DNA from: Anthoceros angustus
Taxonomy: Eukaryota > Plantae > Anthocerotophyta
Assembly: GCA_010909165.1 (NCBI GenBank)
Contig: MU008152.1
Coordinates: 1-64,000, forward strand
Length of the DNA stretch: 64,000 nucleotides
Reading direction: 5' to 3'
Below the pieces are notes generated by a model, which ran no database searches, had not been told where the DNA came from, and was given only the letters and a program-made list of their open reading frames with translations. Positions 1-11,949 of this stretch are shown one piece after another. The first letter of the stretch is position 1. Every line of letters starts with the position of its first letter. A program made the position numbers and the translations under genes.

Positions 1-369
1 GGGACAATATCTTCTTGGTGAAGCCGATGGCTATTGTTGACGTGGAAGGACAAACCGCATGCCAAGATGCTATAAAGTAGGGTATAAAGGGCCTATTTAC
101 ACAAATAGTAAATACAAAGTATCGTATCATGAATATGTACAGTACGATGTAATACGATATATACAAACTTATTTTATATGAAATTGAATACGCAGATAGC
201 ACTTAGAATAATATAGTACATTTATCAGAGATGATATGCGATAGTACAAGGATGTATTGATACGTTATTTATATGGTCGTATTGAAGGGCGATTGGTAAC
301 TACCAAGTAAAACGTGGTATTTCAAAGGGCAAAAGTAAAAGGGAATGGTGGATGGGGAGGAGGTTCTAC

Positions 370-641
370 CAAGCCTCCAAAAGTGTTACAAGACCTCTTG
401 TAACATTTTAGATGTTGCAATCATGTTGCAATTTTGAGAGAGGCAACCACCTCTCACTTCATCTTAACATAATTGCAACACCATTGCAACATGATTGCAA
501 CAACCCGTGGTATGGTTTCCAAGCCAAAAACAAGGGGCCCAAAAGTGTTACATGACCCCAAAATTGCAACATGAGTGTTACATCCAGTGGGTCCAAATCT
601 TAACATAAAGTGTAAATATAGGGTGCCCTTTTCTAGTAGGG
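370..641. mobile_element. Degenerate DNA-transposon (CACTA-like) subterminal region and terminus
   Basis: Clustered direct/inverted GTTGCAA and GTGTTACA motifs (413-432 is the inverted copy of 483-502). Ends in GGTGCCCTTTTCTAGTAGGG, which resembles the clear CACTA end GGGCCCGTTTCCTAGTAGTG at 20970-20989. Confidence 0.35.
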
Positions 642-1753
642 TATAATTGTGTACCATGCAGCCCACCACGTGGATCGCTATGCGGGCCCTCCTTCAGTGT
701 CCTTCGCCATCTCAAAATATGCGTAACCTTTCTTCGATCCATCCCACAATGCATAGTAATATGTATTTAGGGACAAGTAGCTAGTGCGATGCTTCATCAA
801 CTTTTCCTCTCGCTCATCAACCGTGTTCGATGTTTATTTAAAGCGCCCCGATATACATCCGCTAAACACAAGATCGAACGCTTAGAAAGGAGTTAGTTCA
901 CAATGGGTTAGCCCATTCAAAATACAAACATTTTATTCCCCAACCATGCCTAAACATGTCATCGAGGCACCCGGCCAATATGCCATTCCACCAAGACAGC
1001 ATGATGTGGCGAGGAAGGCTCCCAACCATCCGGTGTGCAACTATGCCGAGAGACTCTCGTGGCGCCGATTTACCCGAGGGCGGGAGGGCGCTCGCATGCC
1101 GACGCCCCATCCGGCGATGGTAGGGCGCGATGCGGCGCTCCGACCGCCGGCCGCCGGCCCCATCCGGCGCCGTGCCGAATGGTAGGCGATGGCCATCCCA
1201 TCTCGGCCGCTCGCCGGCATCCGGCGCCAATGCTCCGGCGCCGGATGGGGCGCCCGCGCCGGCCGGCCATCCGGTGGCGCCGACGCATCCGGGGCGCGAT
1301 GCAACCCGACGCGCTACCGCGCCCATCTGGCCGCCGTCCAGATAGAGGGCGCGCATGCGCCGCCTCTCAGACGGCCGATGGGCGCCTAGAGGATGGCACT
1401 CCGGCCTCGCCTTTCCGCTGGCACGCCGGACTGTGGCATGGCGCATGTGCGCCGCCCGGCCGCAGACGCCGGCGGCCTCTCATCGAAGGCCACTGCCAAG
1501 ACTCAAGGCACCCCATGCCGCCCTTCATTCCATGGCTCCAACATGGCCGCCGCTGGGGCGGGCGATTCCCTTTGCATCTACGGCGACGGCCACGTTAGAG
1601 GGTTAGCTCCGGAAAGAGTATGATACCTATTACAAGATTCTGTGAAATGACGGAGAACCGTATGTCATGCATACCTTGATCAATCCGACCAGATCGGATG
1701 TTGTATTTCAACCCGCGATAACGCACATGTCGAAAACCGTTGGACTTGAATTT

Positions 1754-3220
1754 TCACCTCTTAAAATTTTCTCGTCCATAGCCTCGGAAATATGCATATG
1801 ACACAAACCGCACTTGTTCCATGTCGATGATACCGATTCCAAACCTCAAGTTTAGTGAATGTGTCCTAAGGTTGTACACTTCAACGTTGGGCAACCTTTC
1901 TCGCCAACAAGAAATGTTGAGTCCATCCACGCGATCGCAAAGAAGAGAGCATGTGAGGATTGCACACGAGGATTCGCTTGGCCCCATCCCAAGGTGCGTT
2001 CAAGAATACCGCTCTTCAACTCGTGATCTTGCGAGCCTATGCAAGAACTCGACGAAAATGCTTTCGAACAACAAGACGGGGCTCTCCCATAATGTAGGTG
2101 ACAACCTTGTCTCGCATTTGGCATTCACATCCGTCTAACAAGAGATTGAAGGAATAACTCCGCCTACCGCTAGCCTCAAGAACCTTGTCCTCTGCTCTCA
2201 AGACCATCCCTTGACAAAATAGGAAGACACAACTTGTTGCAAGATGGCTTCCGTGAATCGCCATCACAATTTCGTCAGAAGAGACACTGCTCGCCTCTTT
2301 GAATCGGCAAAACATTCGCTCACCGCATTGTCGACTCATCGGCTTACCGATAAGAGACACCATTTCGCTTCCTCCGAGGTGTATGTGGCACATCAACAAC
2401 GGAATGAACCGGTCGCCCACCACAGCTGGTGTTCGCATCTTCTGCAAACAGCATCCGATCAGTCCCTTGGGAGGCTGGATTTGAGTGCCGACCGCCTTTC
2501 TCCCTCCGACCTGGGCTTCGACCCACAGCCACACACCTATTCAAGTTCCGGGGAGTAGGTGGCAAATCATGTATTCCTACATTCGAGGCGGTGTTCTCCT
2601 AGCCGCAAAGGAAGACCATCGGTTTCATCCCATGGAACAAAGTACGCTTAAGGACCATTTCTACGTTTGTGACACCTTGCTATTCAAGTCAAACAACAAA
2701 GAAAATGTGAACCATACATGTGATCCATTTGGTCTTCGCAAAGGCATGGAGTGGGTATCAAAGAAATGACCTTCTAGTAGGGATTGTGCCGGGCTTGAGT
2801 TAGGAGCGCCAAGCGATGGTGCATCATGGAGTTCCTTCCGCCCTTCCAAGACCTTCTTCTTCTCGCATGAATGAGAAGGGACCTTGTTGCACCCACGGAC
2901 TCCATGAACAAGGACCTCCACGGAGCGTTAGAACAAACAGACGTGCAATGACTTCCCACATTCGTAGCGTAAATGATCACCGTTGACTTCAGAGAATACC
3001 TCATCCTCCCAAGCCATGGATAGAATGCGATCTGTGCGCCGACTTAGACGATCGGCAAAAGCGGGCAACGAACATCAAGCTTGGAACATACCGGATGGGT
3101 CTTCAACCACCCGAAACCTCCCCTCTTATTGCCGCCGTCCAACACCGCTGATGCGCTATTCAATTAAGAGGGCATAAGACATGCCAGCTGCGTACAGTCA
3201 GCTCACCGAACGGCGCCGCC
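1754..3220 (-). pseudogene. Mutator-like (MULE) DDE transposase with C-terminal SWIM-like finger, frameshifted
   Basis: Stitching minus-strand frames gives MULE-like landmarks in the expected order: (VIS)FDT (~2765, first Asp), GMKPMVFLC (~2620, P..F..D region), YMIC.HL (~2565, CxxH-like), DNAV(E)RMFCRFK (~2320, TNN..E-like), and YSFNLLLDGCEC...KH (~2150-2060, SWIM-like). Many indels. Confidence 0.55.
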
Positions 3221-5149
3221 ATTGCATCGATGGTTCGGTGGCGAGCAGTAGGATATCCAGGCTGAAAATAGATTGCATTTATTGTGATATAACAGTGCCT
3301 GTAATGATCGAGATAGTGTCATATCTGGTATAAATAAGACAGGGTATTGGGGTTTAAATATTGGCAGTGGTCTATATTTCGACGGCCGTCACCACATTAG
3401 GGTTTCTTACGGATGTCCGCTTCTAAAAAGGGTATAACTTCGAGAGGAGCCCCATCATACCGCGCGTTTCTTGCAGGTGAAGCTCGACGGAGTGCTCACG
3501 AGGCGGCGGCGGCGAAGCACACCATCGCTGCACCTTGGGCGCAACCTGCTCCAATTCGAGCGCTAATCCCATCTGCGGCTGGAGCGATTGGCGCGGACGC
3601 AGTCCAGAGGGCTAGAGGCGTCATCGCGACGGAAATCAAGGTATTGTGGCAATCGCTAGCTTTTTGCTCCAACTCATGTACGTGTGCGTCACGATTAAGG
3701 GGTGCAGGATTATGGTGGAGTGAGCAAGAAAGACTGCCGGCAACGACAACCCCGGATTGTGGTGAAGGCGAAGAAGGCGCGGAATCAAGGCGGAGATGCG
3801 TTGCCCGAATCTCTTGTGAGCGTTTTTCGTGGCATGTTGGTGTGAATCGAATCCATCTTTTCCCGTGCTTTTTAACTCCTGATGTGGTGTTCTAAGGCGG
3901 GTCTCGAATTCAGAAAGAGCAGCACAAAGCGCATGGAGGAGAGGAGAAGAGTGGAATGTCTCGGAGCAAAAGAAGAGCACCCAGAGCCCAATCCATCGCC
4001 ATACACGTATGAGGAGACAAGGAGACACACAAGTTGAGGAAAGCATTGGACAAAGAATGGTTTCTAACCTGCAAGTGAGCCACAGGAAGATGGGGCAATA
4101 TGGACACCCTTGTTGAAGTTGTGGGTTACAGCTACGCACTCTCAATCGCCAAGAGCCGGATGGGTATTGTGGGCAAGTTTGGAGATGGACACATTGCATC
4201 CGGAGGTGCAAGTGCTCGCACATCAAGACCCTATGGCGTTGATAATTTGCCGACACCCGATGATTACAAGGTGTTCCTCTTCGGATAGATGGCTTTGCCA
4301 AGAAATGTGAACCAAAGGAGCAATGCAATTTCGAGAAAGCCTACGCGAAACTGGTCAAGGCCACTTAGGCCTTCAAATTCACTTCGCACCTTTCCTCCCC
4401 ATCCCGATATCGACATTTCAACACTATTGGTTTTGCCGTGAAGACTGTTTCACTGATGCCTCTGTAATATCACACAGTCCGTGATTAATCATGGAGGGAG
4501 ATGTCTGAAGAACAAGACAGCACCGCCTGAGTTCGCAATGAGGACCGACCTCCTCATGTTGATGCAGGGCCCCCTTCCGACGAGGAAGATGGCCCTATAG
4601 TATGTACGGACAATGGATGCGGACGGGTCCAAGGGGAAGATGCACGTAAGGAGGCGGATATCATCATGGACTTTGCGCCGAACCTCCGGCAGCCCCTGCA
4701 AGCACGCCGGACAGACCGACGAGGAGGGAGAGGAGGGCGCCGCATGCGCGCCCATGCCATGCGTGAATTGGGCACCCCCAAGTGTCTTGGTTTTGCCTCA
4801 CGGACAGAGCGGGCGCCGCATGCCGGCCTTGATGTGCCTTCATGGGAAAGCGGCACCCATGACATATGGAGACGCTTGGAATCCGGAGCCAACCAAGGTC
4901 AGCCGGGAGTGGGAACAGATGCGCGGCCGGAGGAAGGGGCAGGTGGGCATGCACCGCCGAAAGCGAAAGCGGTAGATGGCGCCGCATGCCGGCCCCATCC
5001 GATGTACAGTGGTGCCCGAGTATCCTCGGATGTTACAGGAAGCGGAAAGCACCTAGATGTGATCGTATGGGGGAAAGATACCATGGGGAGGAAGAAAGGC
5101 ACAATGATGGGCGCCATCCGCCATCCAAGATATTCCTACACTTCATGTG

Positions 5150-7750
5150 TCGATCGATGAAGAAAGGTTGAGGCGTTGGATGAGGATTATTTGAAGACAG
5201 AGAAGCCGCATGGGAAGAAAGTGGTTCCGGAAACCGCTCGTTAAGCTGGAATACTTGAGACCCGCTTTTTCCGACTCCATGCCCGGATCCGAAAAGTGGA
5301 CGAGGCTCGAACTACCTAGCTGTGGTGATTTCAAAGGGAGAATCGAGGAAGGAGTCTTGCCTTTTGCATGATTGATCCGCGTAATGCAATGATATCAAGT
5401 CGGATTGGCGTTCGTAAAAATATGTGATGGGAGTGCTTGAGGAAACCATACATATGCGCTATGCAAAGACCTCATGGACATATCACCCGGGAAGGCAAGC
5501 CTAAAGGATTGAGGCTCATGTGTATTGTGTCGACTATTCCGGAAATGAGAGTCTTAGCCACCGACCACAACACCATGTCCGACAAGAGGCGGAAGATGAA
5601 TTTTATTGAGCGTGAGGTATTTGAGAGACGAGCTGCAAATCGCGAAGAGGGATGGTGTCAACATGACCATGAACGGAAATTCAACTTGTACAAGGTGCTT
5701 GACCGATCGACGACGAAAGGCGAGGACGAAAGATAAATGTAAGGTAGACAGGACCCACATTCTATGCATCTCGGTTGGAAGGCAAAGTGTGGGCGAATGT
5801 GGACAAGATATTCAGCAAGTGGGAGTCCATGGAGTTTTAACAGTAAACATGTTGCAGCAGCACAAGCAAGAAGAGCAAGGGCAAACGTAAAGTCACCGAT
5901 GACCAAGGCGGGGATGGCGCATTGTTGAAGCCTAAAGAGATGCAAGGCAAGCCTTGGAGGAGTTTTCAAGGCATCCCACTGGGAAAGTGGGCAACAAATG
6001 TTGATAAGTGCAACAGAAGGTTTTGACGGGCGGACCTCAATGGGATGGCGAAGGAAATCACCCCGAGGAAGAAGTTTCATGTGATCTGTGTGGCGATGGC
6101 CAAACACTTGGGGTGTGACTCATTCGACCAAGTCCGCAAGAATATCCTCAACACTCTGGACGAGGTCATCGCAAGATTTCAAACGCTTGAGGGAAAGGTA
6201 GGTGTCTTTATCCTCTCCATTCTCGTGAGAGGCGCGCATGCCGCGCCACTCGGTTTGCTTTCCTTGAGGGATCGACGGCCGCATGCCGCCTGCCTCGCCC
6301 CATTCGAACGGAGCAGGGCGCGGCCGGGCGCCGCATGCCGGCAGTGCTCCCTTCGCACTGCCGAATGGGAGGGATGACAGGCGCCGGGCGCCCCGGTCAG
6401 CAGCTTCCAAGTCCGTGATAGACTTGAGGACTTAATGGGCGCCGTGCGCCGCCACACCGCCTCCCATTCGAGAAGGTCTCAGAGAATGGCGCCGCATGCC
6501 GGCGCCCGCCATTGCCTTCCAGATATGCCTTTGTCCCGTGAATGTCCTTCCATTGAATGTCCGTCTGCTTATATTGACATAATCTTTGTCGCTTACGCAA
6601 GTAAAGGATGTGGATGACCAAGAAACTACTGACGCTTTTCAAGCTTTTGTGCTTGAAGTGCACACTTGGAAAGGCTTGGAGGATGAGGAGGGCTATGGCG
6701 GACATGGACATGGAAGAAGGCCCGCAATCTTTCACGCCCGACAACGAGAATATTGTGAAGTACCGTTATGGCAAGGGATATCGTTGACATGAGGGGCTTC
6801 ATGGATTCGAAATACACATTGATGGTCATGGATGTGCCCCGAGGATTTAACAAGGGAAAACATGATGTCACTATGATTTGCAGAGAGTACGTTTTCCATG
6901 CTTTCCATGATATGACAAGTTGCGATGAGATACGGATGATAGTCATGCACGGTGTGGAGGAGCACCACGTGAGGGAGGCAATGCGGAAGTGGTGCAGGGA
7001 GGGTTGGTGTCTTTGTATGGGACAAGACTAATATGCGTAACGACTGGGGCTACGACACGTGGAATACATTACGCTTGGTGGGCTTAACATCACAGTTGGC
7101 CAAAATTTCCATGCTCCCCAATAATGTCCAGGTTCCTTCAACAACGGACGCAAATCATTGGGCATGACACGTGAAGAAGTCTATACACATCCCTCGATAA
7201 GGTGGTGTGTGATCGAGGCCATTGGGCCCGGCGATGAGAATCATCAAAACTTCTCGAAGGAGGGAGATTGGATTTTAGACGCTGCGTGAAGTGGATCGAC
7301 AACGATGGTCGCTCTCCTATGCCGAATTGCATTGTGGATGTGGACAACGCAGAGTTCATACATCGAGGATCCATGGATATGAAGTTTTGCCGGACGCCGA
7401 TGAGGAGTTGACCCACGAGCCTCACCGCCGGGTCCAACTCTGGCTAAAGAAGTGACATTGTCAAAAAGGTTTGTCACAAGCTCAAGTTGTTTCTTTGGGG
7501 TCTTCCAGAGGAAAGCGCCGATCAGAGATCCTTGACGTTGGGCAGCAAACATTGGACACAAGGTGGCCTCCAATGCACAAGCCATCGTTGTGGAGGTGGC
7601 TCCTCGGACACAGGAAATATCATGGAGGAGAACGACAACTTTGAAGACCCAGATCATGCGCGTCTGAAGACCGTAGAAGTAGTCATGGATAGCGTGTCTG
7701 GGCAGTGCCCACAGGAGTCCCAGCCTTGTTTTGACGGTCGTGCAGAGTAG
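5150..7750 (+). pseudogene. ParB/Srx-like domain fused to beta-class N4-cytosine/N6-adenine DNA methyltransferase (N6_N4_Mtase-like), frameshifted, with probable intron ~6198-6600
   Basis: ParB-like part: ALDEDYLK (~5175), (G)GNHT (5441-5452), LATDHN (5554-5571). MTase motifs in beta order: YTLMVMDVPRG (motif IV-like, 6831-6845), FVWDK (7012-7026), HVEYI (7056-7070), RPLGPAMRII (KP..L..RLI-like), FSKEGDWILDAA*SGSTTMVAL (motif I, 7251-7316). Upstream segments 3413-4700 may be further 5' exons. Confidence 0.75.
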
Positions 7751-8099
7751 GTAACAGTTTTGCTGTTTCATGGGTTGAAAGTTTTATGTGTAACGATTTG
7801 CCGAACGGAGGCGCCGGCATGCCGGCGCCCTTCACCTTCAAAAGCCTTTAACGGCTTACGTCCAAAACGCCTATTTCCCGAAGGCAACCACCATAACTAG
7901 AGGCGTATTTCTCGAACTAATGCAGTGAAATTGCATTGAGATGACATAACACCCATCCCTTAGAATCAAATCATGCTTAATCATGCATTATAGGCATCAA
8001 GATTTGAACATGAGGGTTTCGATTTGCGGAAGAGGGTTTGTATATCAGCCGCTTCAAATATTATGGTGTTCTAGGAAAGGTGTTCCAGCAAACGATCCC

Positions 8100-9140
8100 A
8101 CCGCCTTACTGACCGCTCCAAAGCAGGCTCTGGAGTATCGCCATCCAGGTGGTCCGTCATCCAGTTTCGCATCGCCACTGTTGCCCTATCTTCCCTTCGC
8201 CTTGAGGGGCTCCAGACCACTCCCTTCTTCCTCCTGTTGTAGGCCACCCCTCGTGACCTCCAAGGTCCATCGCTTGTCCTCCCGAGGTTCCCTGGACCGC
8301 ACTCTTATTGGATCACAAAGATTTTCCGGCGAACCCTGGACCGTGAGCGACACCGTCAACGCCCGCACCATCCTGAACGCATCCAAGTGCCACCCTGCAC
8401 CCACCCTCGCCTCCACCTGTGGCCCAAAGTCCGGAGTAGCGCCCACGGAACTTCCACGAGGTTCCATGGCTCCCAAACTTCCGCAGGCTTTTTGGTGCCA
8501 CGCCTTCTCCTCCTCGCCGTGCTGACCACTTGTCGATCGCACGCTGCGCCTTCGCCGTCACCGCCCAACCTCAACGGCGAGCTGCTAAGATGTCTCGAAA
8601 GGCCCAACGATAGCGCCAGAGAGCCGGATCATGGAGCGCTGAAGAGATCGCGAGAATTGTCGAGGCCGCCAAATGACCTTCCCTTCGCCACGCCGGAGTA
8701 ACCGGGCGGAAGGCGCCTCGATTCAGAATCGCTGAGGTATGTATGGCTTATTCTCGACCTTACGCCCGCTTACTGCCTTACGGCCGCCAGCATTTGCTTT
8801 ACGCCGCTGGCAATTCGGGCGGGCGTGAATATAACGGCCTCGCAAGGTTACGGCCTGCCACGATGCCTGCCCCTCCACTCGTGGCCGCCCACGTGGCGCC
8901 TTAGTCCGTCTCACGCCAACTTGCTATTTCATGCATTTATCTCCGCCTCGTCCTGAGTGGGTCCGGACTTATCCTGCTACCCCTGTGCCCCATAGTAGGT
9001 CCTGCTCTCACTCCGAGTCCGAGTATACCCGGAGTACCGGAGTGCTATCCGCGGCTTATTTCCCCTTTTTCGCCCCTTCATTTTATCCTTCGCCCTACAA
9101 AAACAAACCCTACCTATTTCCTAACCCCAAGGGAAGTCCA
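8100..9140 (-). mobile_element. Retrotransposon fragment (gag-like or accessory ORF starting MAPK...WEPWN, plus upstream non-coding sequence)
   Basis: Homologous in inverted orientation to 16725-17700: RWTLEVTRGGLQ..EPLKAKGR versus RWTLRSRGGLQ..EPLKAKER, and a shared upstream TTGGGGT(T)AGGAA..AGGT segment. Confidence 0.5.
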
Positions 9141-10059
9141 GTCCATGCCCCTCACTCCTCAGACATGCTTTGCTCCCCGGCCATCGGTTCGCCTCTCATC
9201 CAATTTTGATCACCGTGCTTTTTACGAATCTTTAGGGTTGTTAAAGCGAAAAAGACCATAAAGGATCAAGAAGAATGGCCTCTTGGGTCATGTCTTAAAT
9301 GCCCCAAATAGGGTTACAGACTATAACCCTTCATTGCATGAAATGGACCTTGTATCACCGGGTTCATGTGAATTTCCACCCTTCTTTTCTCGCTTTACAT
9401 TCATTCATACCTCAAAACCACCAGCTCAAGACCCATGTCAAACCCCCTTCAGGAGATATATTTCAGAAAACCCCCTTCGTGAATATTCACCCCCTTCAAA
9501 AGATATCTTGTTACCTCTTCAATGAATTGTTGCTTCTGTATTGTGTGACGTCCTTTGTATCCTTACAAATTAATGTTGTCATTGTATATAAGAAGAGATC
9601 GTGATCGTATAGCGATCAATGTTGTCTTTGTATTCAATAGGGGATTGTGAGTGTAGCAATCAATGCCGAAAACTTTCTACTCAATTACTTCTTTCCCTCA
9701 CATTTTCCTCGGCTGCTATATCTTTCATTTTTGGAACATGTTGTTGAGCATATTCAAGCCCATTTTTCTCGGGGGCAGCTGTAATTAAGCTTAAGCTTGT
9801 AATTATTTGGTTACAGGAAAACTAGCTTTCATCCACTACTTAATTGACTCGGGCGTCATCATGAGCCACATATATATCTGACCTAGTCGATGACTTCACA
9901 TGACTTTCTAGCTAGTTATCGACGACAATAGTTCTAGATGGTGTACGTTGCCGCTTCTGGACCTAGCTCGATGGGGGCTGCGAGCGTTTCTCATTCGCGC
10001 CCTTGAGCGCGAACTCCGGAATCATCAGCTTTGATGAGGCTCCTTCTTGCTCCCAATTC

Positions 10060-10930
10060 AACATAAGACCAACATAAGCCTGACGAGGATCAGCCAACCC
10101 CAATTTTTTGGGATCCATGTCGCAGAGTAGGCTCCCCTCATTTAAAAGCACCTTCTCCTGTTTGATTCTACCACCGCCTTCCATTTTAATAGCCGATGGT
10201 ACACCTGATCGCCCAATCGCCATCGAGAAGGCGGCCCGGGCGATTGACCAATGTTCACATCTCGCCCACGCCACGACCGCACGCTGCCCACGTATAATTT
10301 TCAACCCAGTGCTTGAGCTTCCCCACTAATAGATGGAAGGGATGTATATGTCAAGAAATCCTGTGTATGATCAACTGTCAATGAGAATTAAAATGGCCAT
10401 GAACATTGCAGCAAAGCGACTGCTTCAGGAGACGCCCATATTTTGATGGTAGCGGCAATTCAAAGGCCCAAGCCAAGCTCAACGCCGCTGCAAGTTGGAC
10501 TCACGGAGTAATCAAGAGACGTCTCCAGAGTTAAAGTCCACGAGGGCAATAGAAATCACCTTTTCCATATTGATATGCAAACAATCAGTATCTAGTGCTT
10601 ACCAAAGACTGCATGATGCTCACGTCCTGCCTCATACTCGTGTCCCTGCATAATCGCCTCCACCCGAGCGTCCATCTGGTAGTCACATGCTTTACCGTTT
10701 GAATCCAAGAACTCCAGAGAAGAATCTAGGCTAGAGGGTGGGCCTCTGGGGTGCAACAGAAAGTGATGTTCAATCTCGCTGAGCGTATACCAATTCGTGC
10801 CTCCGTCTGGAGATACCACGTGATGTGCCAAAAGGTCACCTTTCTCCAGCTTCCTTAGGAGCTCAGCAAGAGGCACATGATCGTGTGTAGCTCCAGTCTT
10901 TGGGTCGCTGTACCGCCAACCACTAGCTAA
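10060..10930 (-). pseudogene. ATXR3: Fragment of ATXR3/SDG2-like histone H3K4 methyltransferase (N-terminal GYF-like region only)
   Basis: GWRYSDPKTG..LAELLRKLEKGDLLAHHVV...NWYTL (GYF-like); DYQMDARVEAIMQGHEYEAGRE (cf. DL.IDERV..LL.G....PGRE); DGDWAIR...KQEKVLLNEGSLLCDM..KLGLADPR (cf. GGDW.R...KK.VLNDGFPLC.M.KSG.EDPR). No SET domain seen; frameshifted. Confidence 0.65.
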
Positions 10931-11949
10931 TGATTCTGGTGGCACAAATGCCTGACTAGGTGCCGGTGTGTCTGTACATGTGGCGCTGCTCCCTACAACC
11001 TGCTGAGGTCCATACCTTCCCCAGCCTGCAGCCTGAAACTTTGCGCTCCAACGGGTTCGAGGCCTATCCAAGTCCTTGTGAACGCTGTGCATGCGGTCGC
11101 GATCGTCATCCTCGTTAAAGTGGTTGAGTCCACCCATAGAATTTCTCCAATGGCACTTGCACACAGGCCAAACCTTGCCCCTTTAGCCCAAAGTGTAGAG
11201 TGTACATAGATCTACAGAGCCCTGGAATGAAGAACGTGCAGACTGCAAAACTTGTTATCATAATTAAGGGCTTTGATCGCACATATAAAGTCGATTTAAT
11301 ATTTTTTTTCTCGATAACATTAGATTAGGAATATCGAGAATGCGATGTCGTGAACGAGACAAAACCAATGGGCCCGAGAATCCGATCTCGTCACCGAGAC
11401 GAGATGAGATCCCTTTTTTTAATTGTAATCTAGCAGGTTAGGAGACATAATGGATCATGAGGAGCAGTTGGAGTTTTAGCTTGACCACGGGGATTCAAGT
11501 TTTAGAGCAACATTAATATTGGTTATCGATGGATGAGTATCTTTCAAGTACTGCCACTTGCTATTGCTTGTAGCTATAGATGTACGTAGCGATTCTTAAA
11601 AGTTGCAAGCATGGGATGTGCTAATCAAGTTGCAATCCTATTTCACCTCAACCACTCAATTGCGACGTCTGTTCTTAATGTTTCACCCTGATATCTCTAC
11701 ACGCATCACCATCTTGTGGAACAAACGGCTCTCAGCTTTTTGTGAAGCATGAGCATAGGACAGTCTTTGCCCGGTCTTCAGAAGGTATACTGTGGAATGG
11801 GTTTTTGCATCCGAAGACGCAAAGAGGCCACATTTACCCTCTATGTCGTTATAGTCCTAGGATTCGGTCCCAAGGGAATGGTTTTGTGTCAAGGTGTTCT
11901 AAAACTATGGATTCTAGACTTACCCGCTCACTACCCCTCCTCTCCGCCT

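Noticed and set aside
898-1623. Many overlapping Arg/Pro/Ala-rich ORFs
   Set aside because: Artefact of a stop-poor, GC-rich palindromic repeat block.
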